Part shown: positions 12,619 through 25,180 of the stretch, piece after piece | Layout of the letters: each line of letters opens with the position of its first letter | Numbering within the stretch: the first letter of the stretch is position 1 | Assembly (NCBI GenBank): GCA_028023455.1 | Contig: JAQFVV010000009.1 | Span: forward strand, 1,240,001 to 1,304,000 | Origin: Epiperipatus broadwayi | Taxonomy: Eukaryota > Animalia > Onychophora | DNA: 64,000 nucleotides | Reading direction: 5' to 3' | Program-made: the position numbers and the translations under genes | Notes under the pieces: model-generated | Told to the model about the DNA's origin: nothing | What the model saw: only the letters and a program-made list of their open reading frames with translations | Database searches by the model: none

Positions 12619-13389
12619 AAATTGAGATATTGTTTTATATGTAAATGTATGTGTATGTATTTTTCTTCAATAAATAAATTATCTTATGATAAATATAACT
12701 TCCTCTATAAAAAAAATCAGAATGGATTTTTCAAAGGGATGTGAGAACATATTTTCCTCCGCTCTAAGGGAATGAAAATTTCTTAAAAAGAATGATTATT
12801 GTATATTGACATGAATTCCCCATTAGTAGTGTGAGAGTAAATAGCAGAGCATGGAATGGAAACATATTCAATTGCTAATTGACAAAAAGTTTAAAACCCA
12901 GCAATTATCTGGAAAATTGATGGTTGCTTACAGTTTTTTGGGGATTTTCAAGGATAGTATTGAAAAATTCTCAGGTAAAAAAGTTAATCAATCAACAGTG
13001 CTTATTACAGTGAAGTACTCACTATAGAGCTGTAACTTAAAATTTGGACAAAATGCAAAGGATTACTATCCAAGAGCAATATGTTGTTTATAATAATGGA
13101 GCATATTTTAACAGTCCTGGTCTTATCCTATTAATCTATCACCTGTTTTCATTAAAAGAAGTCATATGAGGACAAAGATTCATGTCTGATAATTTGTGAA
13201 GACAATGGTGCATTCATTCTTGTAGCACAGCTTAAAAAATTCTTTAATGAAGAAATAACATTTAAATAAAATGTATTGAAAACACAATTATCATTTGAAA
13301 AATTATGTGTTTGCCTTTTCTGAATATTGTTTAAAATAAATTCTATAGTCAGAAAGTAGATATTTTTTGATTCACCTTCCTAAATGAAC

Positions 13390-13545
13390 AGTTAACTGTT
13401 AATAGATTTAGGAGATCACATGTAAGATAGATAAATGAAATAAGGAAGTTTGTGTATATGATTTGAAGAAGAGAGGCTATGGATTAGAGAAACTAGAATA
13501 AAGTTGGAGAGCCTTTTCTCCTGCAATAGAATTACAATGGTTATG
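13390..13545 (+). pseudogene. 3' end of an RTE LINE ORF
   Basis: Translates approximately to DEIRKFV..W.R.A.DR..W.KVGEPFLLQ, the typical RTE C-terminus. Confidence 0.5.
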
Positions 13546-16500
13546 AAATCACTCATAACTACTCAATTACTATTTTTCCCTTTTATTTTACTTACGATTA
13601 AGTACCTTTAAAAAAAATTATCTCCACAAATCTATTTGTAGCTATCCTGAAAACAATTTCTTGCTTATATTAAATAGATTTAAACATATTAATACATGAA
13701 TATCAATAAAAAATTTCAGAATTATAGAACATTAAGTATAAACTGCTTAAAATAAATAAAAGTATTATAAGATCATAAAATGTAAGAAGACACATCTTCA
13801 GTGGCTTATCAAATACAAAATTTTTGAAATGCAAGAATAAAAGTTACAAGGGACCCCCCCCCCACACACACACATTTTCTTTCATTTTTCTGTTGTTTTT
13901 TTTTAAAGAAAGGAAAATAGAAGAGCAGCTTTTTTTTTTTTGTTACATTACTTCCAGTCCCAGACAATTTTTTTTTACTCCTTTTGTCTACATTTTGTTT
14001 ATTAAAATAGTAACCAGGAAAATTTAAGGGTGAGTAAAATATTTGTTTTAAGAATTGAATAATTTTTGATTAAAATAGGTGAATAAGGAAGGAATTTTTT
14101 TCCCATTAACACATTTGTTAGTAATTTAATAAAAATTATTTTTTAAAATACTATGTCTTATTTTTGTGCTTATTCCATATTTCAGTACCTGGGGTAGTTA
14201 TATTTGACCAACTCTGTGTATTTTCTACTTTTACCTTGCGATAACTTCTGAACATATTTATTATCGATGAAACTACAAATTGTAATGAGTTGGAAATGAG
14301 ATTGTCTTGTATCTTGCTCACTAATCTTTGATAGTTTTCATTAAAGAAAATATATGCAGATTAGCGCTGTATTTTTCCTCATTTAAATTCTTTTGGTACT
14401 TCATTTTTCAAGTCACAGTTATATGCACATTACAAAATTTATTATTTTTGATAGTAAATTAATAATTTCAAATACCTTTCATTTTTTAGATTTCTCTTTT
14501 GGCTTCACGGTATTCTTACTTTCTGGAATAGTATATTTGTGGATAGGATGGGATAGATCATGAGATGCATACTCTTAAATTTTCATACTGTCTTTTCATT
14601 CATTTTCTGATTTAAGTAGATGTAACTTTTTTCCTGATTTAGTGAGATCCAAATTATTATTGACAATTTATGTCCATTAACTTCTATTTGTTTTATGCTT
14701 TAAATTTATTTGAAGTGTTATGAAGTATTTTCAACTGCATTAATATAATATTCTTTACTGTAGATCCATATATCAATACAATATTAGATATTTCTTGTAT
14801 GTCTTATATGACTAATATGATTCTGAATATGGGACTAAATGTGCAATATCTTATGTCAAGAACATTTCATCTTGCCTTTTCAGGTACAAGAATTTATATC
14901 ATCTTTTTTCAAGGAAAAACTGATACAATGTAGTGGAAACATGGTACTGACAGGGTGGATGGTTCAGTGCCTTTTGGACTACCTAAACTTAAATCATTTT
15001 GTTGCATGAACTAATGATTCTAATTCTTTCTATCATGCCTTGTTATCTCCTTATGAAATTGTCACCAAATCTTTTTCTGTACAACTCTTCAAAATGATAA
15101 ATTTCTATATAAATATTTTGCATAACTTGAATTTTAAACTGTTATTTATTATATGCACAATAATTGAATTTTTACTTCCTTATTATAGTTTGTATCACCA
15201 ATTTAAAACTTTTTATTTCTAAAGCAATAATTAACTTCATTTAATAATATGTGTTTTTCTAAAAAGGCCTGATGATTGAAAATCTATTTTATTATATTAA
15301 TATAGTATTTTTTCTTTAATCATTACTATTTGTACTCATTTGTATAAATGATTTTATTATTGTTTAATTGTATTGACATATATTTAATGTACGTGGTCAA
15401 GATATTTATTTGTGCATGTGTAGCAGATTGATTACAGTCTGTTTAGAATTATGTATGTTTATCTTTTTAAAACTTAGACAATGGTTCTATTACAGAACCA
15501 AAATTTATTAGTTTAGTAGGAAAAAGCTTTGTATTAAATTTACACTTATTATGCGATTGTCAGAAAGTTTGAGATAATGGCATAATTACTTATATTTATG
15601 TGATGAACTATTTTTATTATCTACATATGTAGATCATTATTTATATGTAGCATTATTATCTTTTATAAAACTACATTTAATGATCTTCTGATTAACTTAT
15701 ATATGTGTCTTTATAGTATACATATATACAAAGTGTAGTGTGAAATATCACAAATTAAGGCTGCTGTTTTAATTTAGTTACTTTTGAAAATATGGCACTA
15801 GAAGTTAAAAGGATTTCAAAATCACAATAGTGAATTATTTTATAAAACATCAAAAATAATTGAATAGAAGCCTTCATTTTGATATATATATATATATTAA
15901 TGGTACAGAAAGTGGGGGCTAACATGAGAGGTGGGAAATTATCATCATGCCATACATCACAATTATAAAATTATTAAATATAAAAGATAAGTGTTGGGAG
16001 CATGATATCAATATGGACTAATACTATAAGTAGTTATACTAATAAGTTATAAACTCCATCACCCAGAATTATACAAAAAAATTAAATCTTCAACAACAGC
16101 AATCAACAGTAAATCTTATGACTGGATTTATAAGAGGTACATTCTAAACAAGCTACTTATCTAGTCACTGCAAACTTAGAGCAAAATATAATACAATTCT
16201 TTGGATACACATATCTAAATGCTAATCTGTCACTCAATAAAAAAATAATAATAAATACAGAAACATGCTGATCATCATCAATGGTCTGGTCATATAGTAC
16301 TATTAGTGTACTGCCAACAATAAACTTAATTTTTAATAAAAAATAAAATATAGTGAATGGACTTTGCACCATCTAGAGTTATCATCTGGATGTCCAAACA
16401 AACAAGCCATATCTCCATATAACTAACCATTATGCTTTAAACTAACTTAGGAAGCAAGAATTTTAGGGACTGTAACTGTGAACAAGAGAAAGATAAATAC

Positions 16501-17594
16501 AACAGCTTACTCTGTTTTATTTTAAATAATTTAAAGGTTTATTATAATTAAATAGTTTTACTGGAATAATTTTTAAAAATCTCAAAACTAAACTAATGAA
16601 ATCAAGTTACACATACTGTATTCATAGAACAGATAGCTGGAAGAATAAAGATATTAACAGGTGAACATTTTAAAACAGTTAATTAATAAATTAACTGATT
16701 AATAATTAACAAAGTAAAAAAAATGACATGGCAATATGATAATTTATACATTCTTATCAAAAGTATAGTTTTATATTTTAAAAAAGATAACTAATTGATT
16801 TTATTCCTTATATTAATTAACTTTCGCTTTTATTATTTTCTTTTAAATAACAAAAATCGGAAAATAGCCTTTTTTTCTAATCAGAGATAAGGACATTTTA
16901 AATTAGCTTAATTACCTTTGTATAACTTTGAAAGGAAAACCAAATGAATAAAAAAACATGCTTTAAAAGAAAATATTACCTAAAAAATCAAATTTACCTA
17001 ACAGACAAATTTTAAATTGGCTAAAATTCTAATTTTAGAAGGAAAATAATATTTAAAAAAATATGTTTCAATTAAAAAAAGATATTGTTAAAATTAATTA
17101 TCAATTGTTACTTAATTTAAAAACTTTTATAAATTTAAGTGTAATGTGCACATTAAAGAAAATACCTTTTAGTGAGGTTCTTTTCTTTTTGAGTCCTTCT
17201 TTGACATTTGTAATTTCCAGTTTCCATGTAAGTTTTCTTTTTTAAGGCTCTTCAATTCCAGGCTAATGTTCATAGTTAATTTATCCACTTTGCCATTTAA
17301 TATTTTCAGGCTAACTCAAATTTATCTATTTTTTTTCTAATAATTTTCCAGGTCTGGCTAAACTATTTATACATAAAGATAGATGCTCATGCTCTTGATT
17401 GGAGACAAGGCTTATGGCAGATTACTTCAGGGATATTTTTTTTCTTTAAATTTTTTCCAAAGAAGCAGATTATGTGGAGGTAGATGATGTTTGACTTTTA
17501 GCTAAACTTAGCATATGGTTGTTTTCATTTTATAAAACATTTTTAACAGCTAAACGTATAGTATGCTATACGCAGCTAAATTCTCCTACTGTCT

Positions 17595-17752
17595 TTTTGT
17601 CAACAGCTTGATCAGGATTGACTACTCTCCTCAACAACTTGGTTAAGACTTCTGACCTCTTCAATAGCTTGGTTAAAACTTTTACTGTTCTCTTCAACAG
17701 CTTGACTAAGACTTTCTCTAATGTTCTTTTCAACAGTATGATTAAAAATGAA
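17595..17752. repeat. Degenerate 30-36-bp tandem repeat (~5 units, core CTCTTCAACAGCTTG.TTAAGACT)
   Basis: Direct inspection: TCAACAGCTTGATCAGG, TCAACAACTTGGTTAAG, TCAATAGCTTGGTTAAA, TCAACAGCTTGACTAAG, TCAACAGTATGATTAAA. Confidence 0.75.
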
Positions 17753-18485
17753 TTTTCCTTACAAGATACAAGTCTTCTGATTTATCCACACTGCTATTTT
17801 TGGAACAATCATATCACACAATCACAATCTTGTCTCCTATATGATAAAATTTACTACTAATCAATTGGGTCTATTTTTATAAAAACAATGCAAAACAAGT
17901 CAAAAATTTCTCCAGTACTTGTTTTTGCACTTATACCAAAATAAGTTAATTTTTCAATTATCTTTGATTTAGAGATATGTGAAGAGAAAAGAAACAAAAA
18001 ACTCTAATTTAATTAATTAAATTTAACAAAACATTGGAACTTTACTTTTATATATTTTTTTCTTTTCTTTTTAAAAATACTACTAGACTCAAAACTTTTT
18101 CTACCTTATTTCTCTTAAAAAGTTAAAATTAAAGATTGTTAAGTGATTTACTGAAGATAATTTTTTTGTTTTTTAGTTTTTAAAGAGTAAAATTAAAACT
18201 GGTAACCAGTTAGAATTATTGAAGTGAGAGAACAAAAGAACTTATTTATTTGATTTTATACTTTTACAAATATTTACACCTATATTAAATAATAATATTA
18301 TTATTAAAAAAAACTGTTTGAAAATTTTCATATTATCATTTTAATAACATGTAAACATTAGTGTTTGATAACACCTATGGGAAAAGTTAATCTATTGTTT
18401 CCCTATTCTAATTTTAAATGTAAAAAGCTTGTAATATTTATTGACATGGCCAGAGCTGATCACTGCCCACAATATTACAATATAT

Positions 18486-19708
18486 TGCAACAGGGGTCAG
18501 GTTTAAACCTGTTCCAAGGTAAAGAATTCAGTAATCATGCATATATAGATATGGTTACTATATATGTGTTGATGTATCTATTAGATTTTTGTTTTTTTCT
18601 TCTCTAAAATGATTAAATAAGGAGCTAAAACAGGCTTAAGGGCAGGTTTGTGCTCATTTATGTTAATGAAATATGTGTCTGTGTATATGTTAACATATAG
18701 AAAGAATTTTCTGGAAAAGCATATAATATATTTTATTTTTGTGTCTAATTCTGTTTTATTTTGAATAAAAAGAAAAAAATGTAAATGATAAATAAATAAA
18801 AAAGAACTAAACAGATTTTATCTACGGAATGCTCTTATCATAAATATTGTTCCAAATTATTTTTAAAAGTGTTTAACGAAACTTTTTTTAAGATAAAAAG
18901 AAAAAGGTGCTGATAGGTTTTCTTGGTAAAAAGAAAAGACAAAGGAATCCAGACCTCTGATACCACAGGATAAACATTTTTGAGGAGAATAGAACTTTCT
19001 AGAAAAGAAAAAAAAGGTGTAAATAGCAAAATCAGGAGACCTTAGTTTTTATGCTGTTATTTGTTCATTGCCACATTTAATTAATGTCTGAGATTTCTGA
19101 ATACTGATTTTTAAAGAAAAAATATATATATTTACCAGCTAATATGAACAGGGTGGGGTGAAGCTCCAAACATGCTTGGCCTTTATCCCATGGTACCACG
19201 AAGAAACAGAACCTGCTACATGATCATATCACTGCCTGAGTTAAAAAGGAATCTGCGACTGTCCAAATGCATCTCTCTCTACCAATATCCTGAATCACAA
19301 TCGAGCCATCGAAGATTTTTAAAAAAATAAGGCAAGACATTCTTACTGAACTATTTCTGTTTCCATAGTGTTTTCCAAATAAACTCACTTTCTTTATGAA
19401 TCCAAACAATTTATCCCCCTCGGGAATCTCAAGGTAATACGTACATTATTCTAACTTATTAATGTGCATTCTCAATGTTATATTTAGAGACTATAATTTA
19501 TAATTATATTAAATCAGATTATCCATCTTAAAGATGAATTATTTGTAACAATTAGCCATTTTTGTTTTCCTGTATAAAGATATATATACACGATTATGTC
19601 ATTAAATATTTGAGCACTGTTAATTATCTATTTTCATTATTTCATATCTTAAAGATGAATTATTTGTAACAATTAGCAATTTTTGTTTTCCTGTATAAAG
19701 ATATATAT
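18486..19708 (+). repeat. 5' LTR of outer gypsy, left part
   Basis: Homologous to 33332-33585 and 35368-36370. Confidence 0.85.
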
Positions 19709-22700
19709 TGTAACAGTCAAGTTTGTACATTCACGTAACAGAATTCAGAATCCAAGCAAAAGAGACCGAAGCTGACCAGACTAGGACTGTAACATCCCGA
19801 GTCCGATCGCATTTCAACTCGTAAGCCAGGATTCCAAGACTCAAGACCCTACGAATGACCACCTTGAAATTACATGTAGTATACCTCTTTCCACACAGCC
19901 GACATAGGTCACGGAGAAGCAATAAGACTCTGATGAATAAAAGAAAGGTTCTTAATTGACTAAAATATCACTAAATTTAATTTAATCTAATGCATAGTTT
20001 TCACATATATAGACTATAAATAGTAATTAGAATTGGATTGAATTAGATCAATAACGAAACAGAGAACGAAATACATTAAATTAATTATATATTTATTTAC
20101 AATTGGCATGAAATTGATCAGTTTTACACATTTCAGCGTCGAATGTACAAACATTTGATAATTCAAAATCACTTTACATAAGTAATCATTAAATTTCATA
20201 GATGAGTTTAACATGTGCCCATCCTAGGAATTGTTTACAATTGATACATAATTAATCACTACGTTATGCCTATAAATCTCGATAAGCCAAATCCTATTAC
20301 ATCGGTGGCTGTTAGATACATAATTATATCGAACTTTGATCATGAATTTATTTACTAAAATACCCAATATAATTTAATAATGAGCGCATAAACCAGCTCA
20401 AGTAATGATCGATCAAACATGGCTTTCGAGAAAAAATTTCAGAATGCTGAAAGCGTTATGTTAAGGTGAGAGAGTTGGCTGCATAAGATTTTACCAATGC
20501 GCTATGGCACAGGTAAACAATAATAGGAAAAGTCGCTCTGCGGACGGATGAAATAACTTCAGGGTTCTTGCGACAAACGCCGGTACCCTGTAACCGATCG
20601 CAATGCTGCGTGAAAAGGAACATTGTGTTCAGGAATGGCGGGGGGTCTTACGTGCTAACCTGGCCTTGGCTCAGGCTTCGCTACTGCTCTACCCTATAAA
20701 AGAAGATGTGCTGGCAACGCCGTGGCTCCATCTTAAGATACGTATATTACGTATAGCAGCAAAACGAGAATATTTTTATAAAATAAGATCACATCTGCCA
20801 AGCAAAGAATGGTACATTTCATACTATGAAATACGAGTTAATAGCATATTAGCTCTATCAAATTGGGACCAACTCTTGCGTAGCCTGATAATAAATGTCT
20901 ATGCTACTAAAGGGAATATTATTACATCTGTACTTTGACATGTTCGATCTATTAAGTTACTTATAGATAATAAATATTTAAGGAGGAAAAGTATATTTCT
21001 ATGGACTTAAGAATTTAAATGTCAAATATACTTATATGATCAAGGCTAAATTTAATTCTAAATAAACTTATCAAGTTAAGTTTTTTTAAATGGTTGATTA
21101 TAAAAGAGCCACATTTCACATATTAAATCATTTAAATAATAAAAAAAAATAGGATTTCGAAACAGCGTAGAAAGTTGATGCTATAAATAAATTACGCGAA
21201 GATTTTCAAATAATATCTTCTTAAAACATACATGAAATTAAGTGCTCACTGTTTCGAAATTTTGGCATATAAAATATAATAAGCATTTAAAATAAGCAAA
21301 GAAATATAGACACAACCGCAGTGATATAACTTTAAATTAGACGTTTATAATGTACTTTAAATGAAAGGAAAATATAAATAAGTCAGATTATTTAAACTTT
21401 AACACATTAAATTTTGATAGCAAGTGACATATTTAAAATATTAAATGGATTTTAAGTTTTGATTACATTTTAGCTTTATCATTATTTTAAAAAGAAAGTT
21501 AGCTAACTTATATAGATATTATTTACATTTACACAGAATTACACAGAGCTCTGCGGTTTGAAAAATAAAACGGTACCGGTATGATTTATCTGCAAGTTCT
21601 TGGCTGTTGGTTTGGTTTAGTTTGACTGGGCGGCATCATCTTTCCCATTATCTTAGGCTCGTCTCTTCTATCGGTATGATGGTGGTTTAGGCATTTCGAC
21701 GAGAGAAACCCCGTTCTCCCACGGAGTAACAGCAACAAGATGCCCGCTTTTAGCCGGACATGTTAAACATTAACAATTGTGAAGACTGGCTGCAATTCTC
21801 CCTAACAATATGGCTGTCTATCTCTAACAATATGGCTCTCTCTCTCTAACAATATGGCTCTCTCGTTAAAAATACAGAGTATTTATCTGTTTTCCTTATC
21901 GGAATCTCCCGCCTCAAGACTCACTAAACTCAGGAATTTAATTAAATATTTTTCAATTTATAATCCAGATCTTAGATAACTTATGTTAGAAACATTCCAT
22001 AAGCTATTATTATAATTAAGATTTTTCGTTGCAAACAATTGTCCAATTTAGATTTTGAAATAACTTACTCTTATCTAAGGAGATTTTAATTAGTAAATTT
22101 TGAACTAGTTTTACTTTTTACGAATTCCAGGTGTGGTCGTTAATGACACTTGTTTACAATCAAAAATCTTTTAATTACTTGACCAGCTTTTATTTTTAAT
22201 CTTACATATAATAGAAACTCTTTCTATTTAAAAACAACCTTTTAACATTTTTTTAAAACGAAAACATTTTTAACATATTTATTAAAAATAATTTACAAAC
22301 ATATCTTGATATAGCTTTTAAATATATTTTCAAGAAACTTTTCCCTGAAATATATTTAAAACAAGAAATCTTAACAATTTTAAAGAAACATTTAATAGTA
22401 TTTTTAGATAACTGCTTTTACATATTTTAAATCATGTCTTTCTTCTATATAGCACAGATTATATATCCACATACGAAATTACACTATTAAACAACAAAAT
22501 TAATAATTTACTCTTAACTTAAATAATATAATAAACATTTTTAGAAATATTAAATAACTTTAGTACGCTATAATTTTACTAATCCTATCTAATTATAGCG
22601 TTGGTTCGCACGTAAATATATAATGCTGTTTAGACAGACATGACTTAATTTTATATTTATTAACATTTAAATAGGTTCGAACTTAGCACAGATGAGAGTG

Positions 22701-22750
22701 TCATTAGGTTTGATGGTGAAACGATAGGGGCTTGGAAAGTTATCGTTTCA
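19709..22750 (-). repeat. LTR (3042 bp) of nested element, putative 3' LTR
   Basis: TGTAACAGTC...TATCGTTTCA; near-identical to 25751-28793. Confidence 0.92.
21802..21866 (-). promoter_or_regulatory. Triple 22-bp repeat (CTAACAATATGGCT core) next to a TATA-like motif; candidate LTR transcription start region (second copy ~27844-27908)
   Basis: Units start at 21802, 21824 and 21846. The minus strand reads GATAAATAC...GAGAGAGCCATATTGTTAG three times. The promoter role is inference. Confidence 0.4.
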
Positions 22751-23178
22751 TATCCGAATACTTGGGACAAAAAAAAATAACAAAAAAAAAAGGAATTTAC
22801 TTACAGTTGGCTATTAAATAATTTGATAAGCTTTTTTTTTTTTACTAGTAATATTAAATCAATTAAGCTACCACATCGAGATGAAAAACATATAAACCCA
22901 ATTGCCTGCTACATTCTATACCGAGGAATTTCATACTTATTAGACAATCAATTATTACAAAAAAAAAATACGACTAACTTAAAAGTTTAAAAGCAAACCA
23001 CACAAAATAGAATATTGTCAAATATTTACATTAAACAAACTTTTATATCCTACTGGATATACGTTAATTAATATACAATGGGGATGTTAATTTTTTTTTT
23101 TTATATATATAATAATAATTTATAAACTATATAATGATAAGGAAAGGCAGATCGTAACAAATATATACATATTTTTAT

Positions 23179-24652
23179 CTAAATAGGATCTGGTGGTACA
23201 TTAAGTAACTCCTCTTTATCTAACTTAAAACAGCACCCGAATATAATGTCATCCTCTTCATCTGATGTCCATTCATATCCCTCATACTCATCTTCCCATC
23301 TCAGAGTCGGTTGTGCTGGGAGCATTTCTAAACCCTGTACAAACTTGCTTCCACTATATAGAACTTCCTTATCTGATCTTCTATTTAGGTCTACTCCTTC
23401 ATAGCTAGAGAAATACTTTGGGTGTTTTCCAGATCTGTTATTCCCGAATAGTAGGGTTTGAACCCGTTCTTTCTCTCTCCCTCTGTTCTTCCCCTGGCGA
23501 ACCTCTGCGGCTGTCTCCTGCCTTCTCTCTGTCCATCCCAGCCTTGATTTCTTCCTACTTGTGTATGGATCCTTTCTTTTCCTTTTCTTCTTGTTCTTTA
23601 TGGTACTCTTCGATTCGTACTTCCCATACAGTCCACCTATTTCCCAAAGCTCTCTATCCAACTCTGTTCTGTCCTGCTGGAGCTCCCGCTTTCATACTCT
23701 TCGATTCGTACTTCCCATACAGTCCACCTATTTCCCAAAGCTCTCTATCCAACTCTGTTCTGTCCTGCTGGAGCTCCCGCTTTCTATCTTCTACTATCGC
23801 CTCAATATCCACACATTTGGATTCTTTATTCTCAGTCTCTAGTATATTCTCCAGCGTGTCGTTGCTATCCCACGTTTCCAATTCGGTCTTCTTCAAAAGG
23901 AAATGGCAACTTTCATCATCCCCTTCATTAATCTCTGGCTTGCTCATTTCGTCCAGCTCAGTTTTCCTAAACTCTTCCTTTTCCACTGGTTTTAACTCTT
24001 CTTTTACTAATACTATTATATCAATTTTAAACTTTTCTTCTTCTAGCATTGTGCTATCAGACTTCACTTCTCCCTGATCTGACACTAACTCTTCTATCTC
24101 ATCATCTACAGTATTCTGCATTTCCTTGCCATTTTCGTCCTGTGCTTTTTCTATCTTCTCTGCGAGTTTTACTGGAATCTCCTCACTTTTTAGCTGGCAT
24201 CCCTGCAGGATTTTACACAGTTTTTCTTCTAAGTCTTTTCTAATCTGTGTTGTCCCTTCCTCACATCGCTTGCCCAAAGCTTCAAAACGTTGTTCCATTT
24301 TTAGATTATTTCTATAATCTCTCTCTTCTGCATCCTGTCTAATTTGCTTTAATAGTGACTCCATCATTGAGTTCATATTCTAGCATTCTTTCTTAATTTC
24401 TTCTATAGGTCTCTGTTCAGATCCCGTGGTGTCTGACTTTTCTGACATGGCCACGCTTTGATATATCGATGCCTTTTCCCTAATCTGGCTCGTACTCGCT
24501 TCCCCTTCCTTGTCTCCCTCTGTGCTGCTACTCTCTTCCATAATTTCTTTTCCCGATCTTAATATAATACCCCTACACATTCCTTCTTTTCCTGTTTTCC
24601 CTTCTTCCCCTTCGCTCACTACTTCCCTTTCTTCTTCCATACTATTATCCAT
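23179..24652 (-). pseudogene. Orphan gag-like ORF of the nested element (~460 aa after removing a 91-bp duplication; one in-frame TAG)
   Basis: ORFs 24380-24652 and 23654-24376 are in frame, separated by a TAG. The 91-bp tandem duplication (23604-23694 / 23695-23785) shifts the frame into ORF 23179-23661. E/K-rich coiled coil, LRSGK motif, KKKRKRK, C-terminal PPDP. No capsid, zinc-knuckle or pol motif seen. Confidence 0.75.
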
Positions 24653-25170
24653 TTTAATATACTAACAACAAAAAAAATTTTTCTATTTTTACTGGCTCAA
24701 TTCGTTTTTACTAAAATTTCTTGTTTTTTGTTTGCTTTACTAACTCGGCTAATTGCTGCACTCCACAAAGAAAACGATCTGTCTCCTACTCATCTCAACA
24801 CCTATGCCTAACTCTATTAATACACCTAACTTCTCGCTATACATTCGCTTGATGCCCACCCAACATTTAACTAACAGTGAAATAAATTTAATATATATAA
24901 CAACAAAAATTATAAAATGCAAGTCACCCTTGGTCTCTTGCAGCTGTTTTTCTTTTTTAAATTATCCACGGTTCATGGTTATAATTTAATTTACATGTCT
25001 GTGCTAGTTTCGAACCTTTAAGATTTGATTTGACCTTACATTTATTTCCTTCTCTTTCTCGTTCAATCCAATTCATAAAACATAAAACAAATAATAGACC
25101 CTCATTTTCTCTCTTTACTCCTGATGACAAAATTTATGTGAGAACGATTTGACATTTATTCAAATCATCC

Positions 25171-25180
25171 TCGGGCGCCA
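25171..25180 (-). promoter_or_regulatory. PBS-like motif TGGCGCCCGA (10-nt match to tRNA-Lys(UUU) 3' end)
   Basis: The canonical Lys3 PBS is TGGCGCCCGAACAGGGAC. The motif follows a U5-like ...CACTGTGAC but lies ~570 nt from the actual LTR. Confidence 0.55.

Noticed and set aside
14250-15290. Possible LINE endonuclease remnant on the minus strand
   Set aside because: Only vague GD.NA-like similarity; too decayed to support.
19925-19955. CTGATGA..GAAA in the giant LTR as a hammerhead
   Set aside because: Only ATAAAA lies between the two motifs, with no stem II, and no matching stems I or III.
20603-20938. 111-aa ORF present in both giant LTRs (also 26645-26980)
   Set aside because: Its presence in both copies reflects LTR identity only. 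The three amino-acid differences (T/M, L/P, R/C) are all replacements and I saw no synonymous change, so there is no sign of selection. No motif recognised.
23418-24317. Plus-strand ORFs of 219, 93, 64 and 63 aa
   Set aside because: These are S/F/L-rich antisense shadows of the purine-rich minus-strand ORF.
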